DNA from: Octopus bimaculoides
Lineage: Eukaryota
Assembly (NCBI RefSeq): GCF_001194135.2
Contig: NC_068997.1
Span: 37,487,044-37,551,043, forward strand
DNA length: 64,000 nt
Reading direction: 5' to 3'
In this document: positions 36,300 through 48,944 of the stretch, in pieces
Numbering within the stretch: the stretch's first letter is position 1
Layout of the letters: each line of letters starts with the position of its first letter
Notes under the pieces: model-generated
Database searches by the model: none
What the model saw: only the letters and a program-made list of their open reading frames with translations
What the model was told of the DNA's origin: nothing
Made by a program: the position numbers and the translations under genes

Positions 36300-38029
36300 T
36301 AATATTATTTTTTTTAGTTTCCAAATTCTTTCTAACATTGTTAAGTTTATTAAGACTTTAAGAATTAATTTTTATAGTATATATTGTAATTAAGTAAAGA
36401 AAACCAGTTTGTTCATTATTAAATTAGATCTGTCTTACTCTTTTGCTCTTGGCTTATATTCACATTTATCTGATAAAAAGTTATATACTGAAGTGAAGAT
36501 GATAGTATTAAAAGTAGGTCCATGTTAGCCCAAGTTCCAGCTAGCTCTGTGAAATATTCATGAATTTTACAGCACTGCCATGGCTTAATTGTGGTAAGTC
36601 ATTTCTCCCTTTGGTATCTGTTTACTGCTGAGTGTATTTGTACAGAAGCGGTAACTTGATTTGAACTGCCTACTTTGGTTGATTGTCTGACTCCCTTTAG
36701 AATTGATTATTTGTAGCTTTTGTGCATGGTAACAATGCTAGGATTTCTTTTGTTTTGGTCAAATGAAAAATATGATTAATGAAAAGCCAAAAGCCAGAAG
36801 CCAGAAAATAAGTTATTCTAAAATATGTGGATTTTAAATTATGATATAAATGTCTCTTCTTTTTAATTCATTTAATTTTTCAAAATATATGATCTGTGTC
36901 TGTAAACCCCTTTTTATTCATTTGCTTATTTATGTACCATCTCTATGGTTACAATGAACGAGTCAGTTTAAAGTTTTGTTGAAATGTCTCATCGCTTCCC
37001 CCCACCATCACTTTTTCTTCTCTTTCTCTTTGTTTTCACCATAAATTAAAGCACTAAGATTTGAAATAAATGAACGAATCAGAGCTATATAACTTTTCAC
37101 CAAAGACTAATGTTATTCATAGCTACTGACTTAGCAGTTCTGTTTTTTGTTAGTGTTATTATATACATTTTCTAGACATAGTTAAGATTTTGATAAACTT
37201 TACTTTTAATAGCATAAATGCATGTCCATCTCTTTTTAAATTGATTACTGAATTCTATTTAATAACATTTTATCAAATTTAGATTACTAAGTCAAATGAA
37301 ATGCTACATTGACTACAGACATCTTTTATGCACTTAACTTCAAATGCCATTGCCCACAAGACAACAGATAGATCATATTGTCAGTTAATTATTATAATTT
37401 CTGTAAATTATGAACTCAGATTATAAAACATTATCCAAATGCTTCTTCAAAATCTATTTCTAGAATGCTTCAGTGGCTCACTGAAGAATCTGTTGTTGCT
37501 GTTGTCATAATTGAAAATTGCATTTCAGTAGTTGAAAGTGTCACATTTGAAATAAAAAGAAATACACACAATCAGTTTCTATTGTTTTGATAGAAGTTAT
37601 TTCTAGAGTGGTGAAGATTGATTGTACTAAGCTTTGAGTTGCATACCTTTCAATTATCTCCAGATGTCATATTTTAAAATTTATTTAGGTCAAGTGTATT
37701 CTCAAACAACTCAAATATTATTGATCGGAATTACAGAGCATGGAAACTTTATAACCCTAAATTATTTTACTGTTAAAATACTTTTGTTATAACAATTTTA
37801 TCTGTCATGGATGACTAATTCCTACTACTTTAGTATAAAATATAAGTGTGCCACATTTTCTTGCTATGTTGACTGAACGGAATAGAATAAGACATACACT
37901 TAATAGTAGTTCCTTATAATCAAGGAATTTAGTTACTTAGCCATCACAGAAAAATAATCCATTTTCATTTTGATATTTATTTTGAAAGGGATTCACAAGT
38001 TGTGTATAATAGATTTTTGTAGATAATAT

Positions 38030-38400
38030 ATAATTCTTGCTGATATCGACCAGAGGGATGGCTTCAGGCCAGTGTGAAAAGTGGTCAATACATGTAAGTA
38101 TATAAGTGAATCTGCAACTAACTGGCCAAGGGCCAACCAAGACAATATAGATATGTTGGAAACAAGCGTCTTGATTTTCAAAGGTGTTGAGAGATGTATT
38201 GCTGCTAGTCAACTATACAAAGTGAAGTACAGTGCAATTCTTTCTCTTTGCCTGGCTCCCTCTGGCACTTTCTCTCTTGTGCTTGGCTTTTCACCTATAT
38301 CCTGTGCGGTCATGCACAGCTAAAGGAAAATCTACATACTGGCTTCCTCTCTAAACACACAACTATCATGGGTAGCAAAAAAAAAAGAAGACTGCTGGGA
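38030..38400 (-). mobile_element. Ty3/gypsy integrase core fragment
   Basis: FQHIYIVLVGPWPVSCRFTYILTCIDHFSHWPEAIPLVDIS, matching the gypsy HIDLVGPLP..YILTCIDRFTRWPEAIP pattern. Confidence 0.75.
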
Positions 38401-38624
38401 AAATGGAATATTGGGTTAAATGAAATGCAGTCTATCTCAGAATTCAAATGTCATCAAAATAGATTTACTTTATAATGGGTAATTGGGTATGCATTTATGT
38501 TAAAACCCTTCCTTATTTTTGTTGGTAAAAAAAAGAAAAAAATCAATTTGAGTTTTGTTACATTTTTATAATAAATTTCAAAACCCAAGTCAGATTGTTA
38601 CAAATGTAATAATATAAATTATAG

Positions 38625-38830
38625 GCACATGCATGGCTTTGTGGTAAGAAGCTACTTCCTAGCCTCATGCTTCTGGGTGTATGGTATCTTAGACTATTGC
38701 TCCAGGCTGACCTTAGCCTCGTGAGCAGATTTGGCAGACAGAAAGAAACCTGTCACACATATGTGTGTGTGCGTGTGTGTGTGTATGTGTGTGTGTGTGT
38801 GTTGTGTGTGTGTGTTGTGTGTGTGTGTGT
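38625..38830 (+). mobile_element. SINE-B 5' half followed by (TG)n
   Basis: ataggcacatgcatggctttgtggtaagaagc...gtgagcagatttggcagacagaaag. Confidence 0.6.
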
Positions 38831-39838
38831 TACTATCTTCTTTCTTAGACATTACTTGATAATAGTAAATGAGTGTCACTGTCATTCAAGCAGTGTTCTT
38901 CATTTCCAATCTTCCTCAAAAGTATGTCTGATCAAGGGGAAATATTACTTAACTTGGAAACAACTGAGGGTTGGTGACAGTAAAGGTATCTAGCAGTAGA
39001 AATGTAGGGTCACTTTGAGTTTTGCATTGCTGATTTACAAGGCATATCTCAGTTAAATTAATATAATTCTATCAACTAGTTGTAAATATGTAATGTTAAG
39101 TTCATGTGTTGTAGACATTAAAAAAATATATATACTCTATGTTTCCTTAGATATCAAATCCATCACCAAGAGTTTAATCTCTTTATACATTTGATAATAT
39201 AAAACTGCTAGAAACAACATTCAGTTTCTTAAATAAAAAAACTGTCAAACAAATAATTGTACAATGTGCATTAAAAAAAATATCTATTATTTATATTTTT
39301 AATATTTATACCTTTATGATGTTATTGTTTACATCTTGAACAAATTGTATCATAGATTTGTATTTCTTTGATAAATATGTTTTATATTCAGTGTAAAATT
39401 ATTAGTTGGCATATTTATATTGTTTTCAACATATCATTTAGCATGTCTTAGTAATTTTGTGTCTGTGTATATTGATATATTATAATGTGTATTTTTTTTT
39501 TTAATGAGTAATCTTTTATTTCCAAATGTTATTATTTTCTCTTTAGACAAAAATATAGATTTTAATCCTTGTTGAATTATAAAGAAGAAAACTAATAGTG
39601 ATGACTTGTCTTAGTCTTATGGAGTTTATAGTTTCTGAATATTGATAATAAAATGCAATTTTTTTAATAGAGAATCAGTCTTTTTGTGTCTCTTTGTCCT
39701 GATTTTTTGGCTTGTATATACTTATATATTTATGCACAGTCAGTAAATGAATATCTTTATAAGAGATTACTATAAATATTTTTGAAAGGAAGATACTTGA
39801 GTTTATTTGTTAAATTATTAATATTCAAATTAATTTAA

Positions 39839-40055
39839 GGGTGGTGAGCTGGTAGAACCTTTAGTATGTTGGGCAAAATGTTTAGTGGAATTTTGTCCTT
39901 CATTATGGTCTGAGTTCAACTTCTGCCAAGGTTTACTTAACCTTTCATCCTTTCAGGGTTAATAAAATAAGTACCAGTTGAGCACTGGGGTTGATGTACT
40001 CAATGTACCTCCTCCCACAAAATTGCTGACCTTGTGCCAAAATTTGAAACAAATA
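39839..40055 (+). mobile_element. SINE-A copy
   Basis: agggtggtgagctggtag...ctgagttcaac...cctttcatcctttcagggttaataaaataagtaccag. Confidence 0.8.
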
Positions 40056-41006
40056 TTTATTTAAATTATTTAGACTATAGTGTGGTTTCAAGCATACAAT
40101 TTTTATCTATGACATGTATAGAAATACATAACACACCGAATATCACTTATATTTGATTCTATCATTTATATGTCAAATATTTTTATTCTATGTGAGTATG
40201 ATACAAAGAGAAAGGTTGATCTTACAATTCATTCATTCAAAACCTTAATTAAGAAATTACATTCCTGTGAAATTGGAATATGACTCAGAGGAACTTATTA
40301 TCAAACTTTGTGATGTATTTACATAGGCAATTCCACCTGGTTATTACACATTTGCAATATAAGAAAATGAATGCAAAATCATCAAAGCATATGTTAGTTT
40401 GTAGATGACTATTTTACTGAAATTTTTAACTGGAATAATGATAGCTTGTTGCTAAAGGCATGAAACCAAAAATTACTAGGAGCTTCTAGACTGTCAAATG
40501 TTTTTTGTTCTTGATTGAATACACTTTGCCTGTCTTCTCTGCATACTGTATTTCTGTACTTTCAATATTATTCAATTTTATTTACAGTTCCTATTTAATT
40601 TTACAATTTTACTAATTTTTTAAAAATGTCATATATTACAACTGAAATAGTGAATGAATTCCTTTTCCACAGCTTCCATCACTTACAGCTAAAATGTGTT
40701 TTATGTCATTTTAAAACAATTTCAAAGTTTTTATTTCTCACAATGATTATGAATGTAATAGCAATCCAGGTATTGAAGTATTGTTTTAAAGAAAGAATGC
40801 TAATCTCATATTTACTTAATGTTTCAGCTAAGTAAAAATCTTATATGTACCATCTAAAATGTTATCCTTTCCTTTTTGTTTCAAAGTGACCTCTCATAAG
40901 GTATGCTACATTTAATGTATTATAGGATATCTTGTATATATTGTATAGTCAACTATCATATTAATAGTTAAGTAATCAATGAAGTTTCATTAAATATTTT
41001 ATCTAC

Positions 41007-41069
<63 letters not shown>

Positions 41070-41096
41070 ATGATAATAATAATAATTATTATTATT

Positions 41097-41324
41097 AGGG
41101 TGGTAAGCTGTTAGAATCATTAGCATGCCAAACAAAATGCTTAGCAGCATTTCTTCTGGCTTTATGTTCAGTGTTCAAATTTTCTTTGAGGCTGGCTTCT
41201 CCTTTCATTCTTTTGGGATCACTAAATTAGGCACCTGTTGAGCACTGGTGTTGATGTAAATGCTTAGACACTCACCAAAATTTCTGGCCTTGTGCTTATT
41301 ATAGAAATTATTATTATTACTATT
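41097..41324 (+). mobile_element. SINE-A copy flanked by (ATT)n
   Basis: Follows (ATT)n at 41010-41097; ends in an attattatt tail. Confidence 0.8.
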
Positions 41325-41697
41325 GAGTGGGAGAGCAGCACACACCATCAAAGTGATGCTGGGGTACAAAAATATGATGCCCAATATACCTGCCATGACT
41401 ACCTGTCTGATATACCAGGCGTATGCATCACAACCATACATGTGCAACATGGTGGTCTCATATCAAGATAAATAGTGCATAACCTCGCAGGTGGGGCCCT
41501 GTTAGAATTTACTTCAAGTCAAGTAGCCCATTGCACTCAAAAGATCACAAAATAAGGGTTGTTTAAGGATGTTGAACAAAACACCCATGTTTCCAGAGAT
41601 GGATTATTCAAATCCCAAAGAATTCCTCTCAGCACATGGATATGATGCTCCCTCACTACTTCTGTTTATGATCAGGGATGCACATATCGTCAGCCAA
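41325..41697 (-). mobile_element. Unclassified ~370-bp repeat, copy 2, embedded in (ATT)n
   Basis: Reverse complement of 14075-14446; TTA repeats on both sides. Confidence 0.7.
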
Positions 41698-41748
41698 TAA
41701 TTATTATCATTGTTATCATTATCATTGTTATTATTATTATTATTATTA

Positions 41749-41787
<39 letters not shown>

Positions 41788-41788
41788 T

Positions 41789-42020
41789 TAAGGCAGTGAG
41801 CTGGCAGAATCATTAGCATGCTGGATGAAAAGCTTAGTGGCATTTCACCTGTCACTACGTTCTGAGTTCAAATTCTGCCATGGTCAACTTTGCTTTTCAT
41901 CCTTTTGAGGTCAATAAATTAAGTACTTGTGAAACACTGAGGTTGATATAATTAACTGGTCCTCTACCAACAAAATTTCAGGCCTTGTGCCTTTAGTAGA
42001 AAGAATTATTGTTATTATTA
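41789..42020 (+). mobile_element. SINE-A copy
   Basis: aaggcagtgagctggcagaatcattagc (A-box-like), gagttcaaattc (B-box-like), ATT tail. Confidence 0.85.
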
Positions 42021-44102
42021 TATGTTTGACTTTTGCTTTGTATTTGTACAAGTTGGCTCCAAGTCTCACCCAGAGACCTCAAGAGACAACAAGTTCGAAG
42101 TTCAAGTTGGTATTATGCCTAGGGTCTCGTATATTTGGTTTTGCACATAGTATAGTTCTAGAGAATGTTTAAGAAAACATAAGTTTGTTTTAAAATTTAA
42201 GATTACATAGACAGTATTTTATGTAGGATATGGGTAATTCCCATGAGCACTATCTTTTGAATTTCTTCCATTTTTGCTTTTCCTGATATTTGAGCTAGGC
42301 AGGAATCAGACCCTTTTGCTACCATTCCTAGGGCACCTATGACAACAGGTATTGTTTTAGTCTTGAGGTTCCACATTTTGCCAATCTCTATTTCAAGATC
42401 TTTATACTTGTTCAGTTTTTGGTCGGTCTTAACAGATACATTTATGTTGGTTGGGACAGTCATATCAATGAGGAAGGATGGTTTTTGTCTGAAGTCTTTC
42501 AACATAATGTTTGGCCTATTTGCATCTATCTTTCTGTCAATTTGAACAGTGAAGTTCCAGAGGAGTGAGATGCGATCATTTCGAGCACTGGAGGTGGTTT
42601 GTGTTCCCACCAGTTTTTATCATAGGGCAGATCCAGGTTTTTGCAAATTACCCAGTGCTGCTCTATCATGCCTGTTGAGATACTCTGTAGATGCAAGAAG
42701 ACTGCACATGGAGACAACATGATCAGTGGTTTCATTTTGTTGTTTACATACACGACATGTTGGGCTACTGCTGTTCTTTAATATGTTGGCTTAGTACTTT
42801 CTTGTAGGTAAGCATTGATCTTGGGCTGCTGTGATAAACCCATTGATGGGTAAGGGCTTTGTTAACATCGGCATTATTAGCTCTCTTTGGGTATTTGCCA
42901 TTGAGAGGTTTTTCTTGTTGTTTGTCAGTAAGAATACCTAAGGCAGCAGTTTTANNNNNNNNNNNNNNNNNNNNNNNNNNNNNNNNNNNNNNNNNNNNNN
43001 NNNNNNNNNNNNNNNNNNNNNNNNNNNNNNNNNNNNNNNNNNNNNNNNNNNNNNNNNNNNNNNNNNNNNNNNNNNNNNNNNNNNNNNNNNNNNNNNNNNN
43101 NNNNNNNNNNNNNNNNNNNNNNNNNNNNNNNNNNNNNNNNNNNNNNNNNNNNNNNNNNNNNNNNNNNNNNNNNNNNNNNNNNNNNNNNNNNNNNNNNNNN
43201 NNNNNNNNNNNNNNNNNNNNNNNNNNNNNNNNNNNNNNNNNNNNNNNNNNNNNNNNNNNNNNNNNNNNNNNNNNNNNNNNNNNNNNNNNNNNNNNNNNNN
43301 NNNNNNNNNNNNNNNNNNNNNNNNNNNNNNNNNNNNNNNNNNNNNNNNNNNNNNNNNNNNNNNNNNNNNNNNNNNNNNNNNNNNNNNNNNNNNNNNNNNN
43401 NNNNNNNNNNNNNNNNNNNNNNNNNNNNNNNNNNNNNNNNNNNNNNNNNNNNNNNNNNNNNNNNNNNNNNNNNNNNNNNNGAATTGTTTAACAATTGCTA
43501 GTAAGCCCTTTAGTTGTTGGTCATTTTTTGCAAAGAGCTTTAAATCATCCATGTAAATGAGATGATTTATATTTTTATCAAACATTCTATAACTGTGTTG
43601 TATATCATTGAGCAATTGCAAGAGAGGTATTAAGGCTAGACAAAAGAGGAGTGGTGATAGAAAGTCAACCTGAAAAATGTCACATGAAATTCTTGCATCT
43701 CCAGCATTGAGAGATTCATTGTCACTGTTCAAAGTCAGTAATGTTCTCCATGATCTCATACTTACAAACAAGAAGTTATGCAAAATAGATGCTATTTTAC
43801 ACATTGCCAAACATTTCTTAATCCAGTTATGTGGTAGACTATCAAAATCTTTTTTATAACCTGCCCAAGCTATCAACAAATTTTTGTGTCATTTGTGACA
43901 ATCTTCCAAAATCATCTTCTTGATGAGTAGCTGATGTTTACAACCATAGGACCCACGTTTACATCCATTTTGCTCATTAGGGAATATGCCACTTTTTATT
44001 AAAAAACGATAGGTATATTCAGACAAGACAGATGTTAGTATTTTATACATTTGTTGTTAAGCAGATTATGGATCTCAAATTTTTTGGTTCATTTGTTTCT
44101 TC

Positions 44103-44103
<1 letters not shown>
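42021..44103 (-). mobile_element. 5'-truncated R4/Dong-like LINE (RT + CCHC + RLE) inserted in (TAA)n; contains a 526-N gap
   Basis: AWAGYKKDFDSLPHNWI, IFQVDFLSPLLFCLALIPL, NHLIYMDDLKLFAK (YMDD), LLWNFTVQIDRKIDANRPNIML..KYKDLEIEIGKMW..IQKIVLMGITHILHKIL. Confidence 0.92.
42955..43480. other. Assembly gap inside the R4/Dong-like element
   Basis: N run in the sequence. Confidence 1.
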
Positions 44104-44147
<44 letters not shown>

Positions 44148-44148
<1 letters not shown>

Positions 44149-45170
44149 GATGTCACACTGTATGCAATATTGTGGGGTTGTTGATTGAAGATATTGTGTC
44201 TACAGGGGGTTTGTACTGTTTGTCAAGTCACAACAATGACCTCAGACAGTCAGTACTTTACGCAATATATGTGCAGTTCCAAGTAATGTCGATTTTTGTA
44301 ATACTTCTAGATTGTAGGGTATTTTTAAGGTTTTCAGATACTTTTTCAGATTGGGTGGTATTGAACCCAATGCTCCAATGACAATAGGGATAAGCTTTAT
44401 GTTCGACTCTCGTAGCTGCCACATCTTAGCGATCCCAATTATCAGGTCTCCATATTCATCAACTTTTTCTCTTTCTTTCATGATGATGTGTTGATCTTCT
44501 GGCACTGCTACATCCATTATTAAGCACTCTTGTTTGTCCCTCCTAAAGGTTACTATATCTGGCCTTTGGTGCTCTAACACTTTGTCTGTTTGGAAATCAA
44601 AGTCCCAGAAGATTTTTGCCTTTCTCTTTTCGTCCATGACCTTTTCCAGTGTATGTTGTTACCAAGCACCCATAACCTCATATCCATACTTATGGCAAAG
44701 TAGACAGTGGAGGTTTTGGGCTACTTTGTCATGTCTATGTTTGTACTAACAATGTGAGTCACACTTTTGACCCTCTTCCCATATATTCTGCAGAGGTTTG
44801 TTGTACTTGTGTGGTATATATTCTTTTTCACTTAGTTGGTATTCAGTGCCTGGTCCTGCACAGCGATGATTAGGCTTTCAGTATTCTTTTTAGGTCACCC
44901 TTGTTGAGCCACCTCTATGATGCTTCCTGGTCTTTTAATTTGTTAGTAGGGTTTCTTCTCTCTCATTGGCTGTTCTTGTTCAGAATTCATGAGCACTCTC
45001 AAGTCCATTTTTGTTAACGCCTTCTGCACAAGCTGTTTACCAAATATTCTGCAGTGTTTCTTCTTTCACTGTTGATGCACACTCATATGCTAATAAGCCC
45101 ACATCCACCCTTCATGTACAGCCTGTATACATTTGCCTTAGGGTGGAGGGCACCATGCATTTCGGGTAGT
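44148..45170 (-). mobile_element. Second R4/Dong-like 3' fragment (different subfamily), 3' end abutting (AAT)n
   Basis: IFWDFDFQTDKVLEHQRPDIV..IMDVAVP..LQKSTLLGTAHILRKVL. Confidence 0.88.
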
Positions 45171-45283
45171 GTGATTGAGTTGGTCAGTCTCTGCTTGTGC
45201 CCATCTCAGGATGAAATTGAGGTCCCCTCCCTTCAATTTCAAGCCTTGTGCCTTTCGTAAAAAGGATTATTATTGTTATTATT

Positions 45284-45366
45284 AAGGCAGTGAGCTGGCA
45301 AAATTGTTAGCACGCTGGACGAAATGCATAGTGGTATTTTGCCTGTCACTATGTTCTGAGCTCAAA
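45284..45366 (+). mobile_element. SINE-A 5' half
   Basis: aaggcagtgagctggcaaaattgttagcacgc...ctgagctcaaat, then ATT repeats. Confidence 0.75.
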
Positions 45367-45384
45367 TTATTATTATCATCATTA

Positions 45385-45890
45385 TTAGTCAGGCATACTT
45401 TTCCATAGCTTGTCTCTTTCAATGAGCTGCAAACCTGGATTAGGCATGGACCGAAGAGGGGCGCTTGGCACCTCAAGTACCGTCAAGCACTCACAGCCCT
45501 CCACCAAGTGGGCAATGCAGTTAGTGGTAGTTCCACTCTAGTGTTCTATAGAAGGCTAGTGGAGGGAAAGTGCAATGATGTTCTTAGGGAAACTCTGGGC
45601 ATCGATGAAGATCAACTAACCAGTCTATTTTGGAGAACTTTTGGGCCTGAGCCTATGGATAACTTCCAGAAATCCCTTGCCTGGCAGTGCTACTGAGATG
45701 CACTGCCTGTTTGAGATAAAATTTACAGGCACGGAAGTGTTGTCAGCTGCCCAAGGTGTGCCCAGAACAATGAAACCATTCTGCACACACAAGTCCAGTG
45801 CCTGAGTATTGCTGACCTGTGAGTTTAAGTTGAACATCTGCTGTTGCATGCAGGATGGATCCAGTATCATCTGAATCCATTGTGAAGAAT
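45385..45890 (+). mobile_element. Tx1/L1-clade LINE fragment (CCHC zinc knuckle)
   Basis: SLAWQCY*DALPV*DKIYRHGSVVSCPRCAQNNETILHTQVQC. Confidence 0.7.
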
Positions 45891-45892
45891 GA

Positions 45893-45959
<67 letters not shown>

Positions 45960-45984
45960 GTAGTAGTAGTAGTATAGTAATAGT

Positions 45985-46432
45985 AAGGCAGCAGGCTGGT
46001 AGAATTGTTAGCATGCAGGAGGAAATGCTTAGCAGTATGTCATCTGTCTTTACACTCTGAGTTCAAATTCTGTTGGGGTCAACTTTGGATTTCATTCTTT
46101 CAGGGTCAATAAAATAGGTACTAGTCAAGTACTGGGGTCAATGTAATTGACTAGCCCCCTCCCACAGAATTTCCAACCTTGTGCCTTTGGTAGAAAGGAT
46201 GATTATTATTATTATTATTAAGGCGATGAGCTGGCAGAATTGTTAGCACACCAGGTAAAATGCTTTGCGGTATTTCGTCTGTCTTCCCATTCTGAGTTCA
46301 AACTCTGCCAAGGTCGACCTTGCCTTTCATCCTTTCGGGGTTGATTAAATAAGTACCAGTTACACACTGGTTCGATGTAATCAACTTAATCCCCTTCCCC
46401 AAATTTGAGGCCTTGTGCTTCCAGTAGAAAGG

Positions 46433-46472
<40 letters not shown>
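45985..46472 (+). mobile_element. Head-to-tail SINE-A dimer (45985-46219 and 46220-46472) with (ATT)n tails
   Basis: Two complete copies, each with A/B-box-like motifs and the gtcgac(c/t)ttgcctttcatcctttcgggg core. Confidence 0.88.
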
Positions 46473-46474
<2 letters not shown>

Positions 46475-46914
46475 TGTTCAAATAATCTGTTTTGCATTCT
46501 CCTGGTCAAGTACTTTAGATAGACAATTTCCCAAATTTGTGACTTTGTACCTTTGTAAAAACATCATTAGCATTATCATTGTGTCGATAGGATTTAGTTG
46601 TAGAAATGAGAAAGTAATGCCTGAAACTATTTAATCTCATAACTTTATGATCTAAATTCAAATGTCACAGAGGACTGACTTTGTCTTTCATCCCCCCACC
46701 CTAATAAATATTAGTCAAATATGGTGGTCAGTTATAGTGATATTACTTCTCTTAGTATATGTGACAGTGTGTCAAAAATCCTTATTGTTATTAATAGTGT
46801 AATAGTGCTGTTGTGCATTGAAACTGGATTTTAGGATTTAATTGCATCATCAAAATAATTATAAATTCTCGAAGAATGTGAAAAAATATTCTGGTTGAAA
46901 ACGATAATTATTTC

Positions 46915-47075
46915 TAATTTTGGCACAAGGCTGGAATTTTAGAGGGAGGTGGCTAGTTGATTACATTGATCCTAGTATTTGAATGGCACTTTGTTTCATC
47001 AGCTCCAAAGGAATAGAAAGTAGGTTGACCTCAGCAGCATTTGTATTCTGAATATGATTATATAGAAAGCTGGAA
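46915..47075 (-). mobile_element. SINE-A 3' part in antisense orientation
   Basis: tggcacaaggc...gttgacctcagcag is the reverse complement of the SINE-A core and tail. Confidence 0.55.
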
Positions 47076-48827
47076 CAAATACTGCAAGGCATTTTGTCTA
47101 ATGTTTTAATGATTCAATCAATCCACTGCTCTCGTGTAAAAAAATAAAACTCCCTTAAGTTTGCATTTCATATAAGATTCTAGATAATAACTTAATTATT
47201 TATAATATCATCACCTTAAATATCAACAAAGATATCAGGTCAATAATATATTAGGGAATCTTACTGAAGTTTGTGATATTTAGTATAAATTTTCATCATT
47301 TAAATATGTAGAAACATTTTCTGTGTGAAAAATTAGCTTTACTGTTGAAATTTGATTTTACCATAGCTATGGATTAACTAGAGCCTTGAGAGTGAAATAT
47401 TGTTGATGGAAACTGTATGGAAACCTTGTGGAAGGACTGGTCCTGTTCTTGAGTGGCAAACTTATATTGTTGCCAGATTTAACAGCACCATTGACTTTCA
47501 AGTTCCTTTAGCAGAGTACACTCTGTTGAAAGTATTTGAGTCAGGTTTCAAATCTGAGGATGACTTTCTCCCTTCCTCCTTTCTAAGTTTTGGACATTTA
47601 TAGACACTTCGTCTTCCTTTGACTAAGCTATTAAAAAAAAATTAAGAAACTGGTGAAATAAGAAAAGATTTGAAAATCTTTTTTTTAAATATTTATTATA
47701 TGATTAAGTATAATGAATATAGGCATGACTGCAGTGAAGATGTTTGCTTCACAAACACATAGTTCTAGGTTTGATCTCTCTATGTGCAGTACCTTAGGCA
47801 AGTGATTTTTATTAAAGCTTCAGTGAAATTTGGGAGACATAACTGTGTAAGCCTATCTATCCATCTATCTGTCAGTCTGTCTATCTGCTAGTCAGCTAGT
47901 CAGAGGGAGTGATTGTATGTATCAGCCTGGGATGGCAGAATCAGTAAATCAAACCAAAATACCTTTTGGTAATTGATTCCATTCCAGTTATGTCCATTTA
48001 ATCCAAGTTGTCTTGGCTCTTTTTCTTATGAGGAGGAGAAAATAGTCATTAAAAGGAAGCAAAGAATAACCAAAAAAAGACTTCTGTTTAATGTTTATGT
48101 GTATAAAATATCTTATAGTCTACTTAGTAGTTATGTAATTCTTTGCTTTGCAGTCTCAATCAATAGTCCTTCATTTAGACAAACCTTTGTAGTTAATATT
48201 GCTATTACTTTTATGAATATAATGAAGATTATATTCATAATAAAATTCCTATTATGTGATAACTGTTGAGCTCATTTAAAGACAACAAATGACAATCCAA
48301 AGGTTTTACTTCATTTGAAATGAAGCTGGAATATTGATATTTAGAATGATTGTTTATCAACTCATTCATTTTAAAACATTTATTGGCATCAAAACACCTA
48401 GAATATACTGAACATAGTAATTGCATTTTGTGTAAAAAGTTTTTGAAAGGTTCTTTATACAATCACAACCATTTTCTAGCAATTTTTATGGTAAACAAAT
48501 AAATTGCGGTCATTATCTTTTCTTGCTTCATCTGGATTTTGTTTTTGGCTGATTGCTGATCTTTACATCTTTTCACAAATATTAATGATGAAATCAATGA
48601 AAAATAAGATGAGTGAGCAGAAAAATCATCCTTTTGTAACAGTTTGCTGCTGTTTTTCTCTCACTGGAATACTTTTAATTTCTTATTTTAATGAATTTTG
48701 TTAACACTTTATGACAAATTTAACAACTCTTCTAGTTTTTCAGGTCAACAATGGAGTGGCTACCACAGACCCTTTCTTACACTCTCCTACTTATCCTTTA
48801 AATTCCTTTTACCTTCCTTTTCTCCAG

Positions 48828-48944
48828 TCCCCTCCTAAGGGAGCAACCATCCCATACCGTCCAAAACCTGTAATGCCTCCAGTGATATTTGCTGGTGGAC
48901 AGGCATATACCATTCAAGGACAAGTACCAGTTCCAAGCCCAGAA
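48828..48944 (+). CDS. PCBP3: PCBP exon (117 nt), KH2-KH3 linker; possible upstream alternative acceptor giving a start at 48744
   Basis: ccttttctccag|TCCCCT...CCAGAA|gtaagt; SPPKGATIPYRPKPVMPPVIFAGGQAYTIQGQVPVPSPE, the characteristic PCBP linker. Confidence 0.93.

Noticed and set aside
45284-46472. tRNA genes suggested by A/B-box motifs
   Set aside because: There is no cloverleaf or CCA-side stem; the motifs belong to tRNA-derived SINE heads followed by a non-tRNA body.
41010-46472. CRISPR-like repeat-spacer appearance of recurring SINE heads and ATT tracts
   Set aside because: The context is eukaryotic, units are irregular and 200 bp to 2 kb long, and no cas genes are present.
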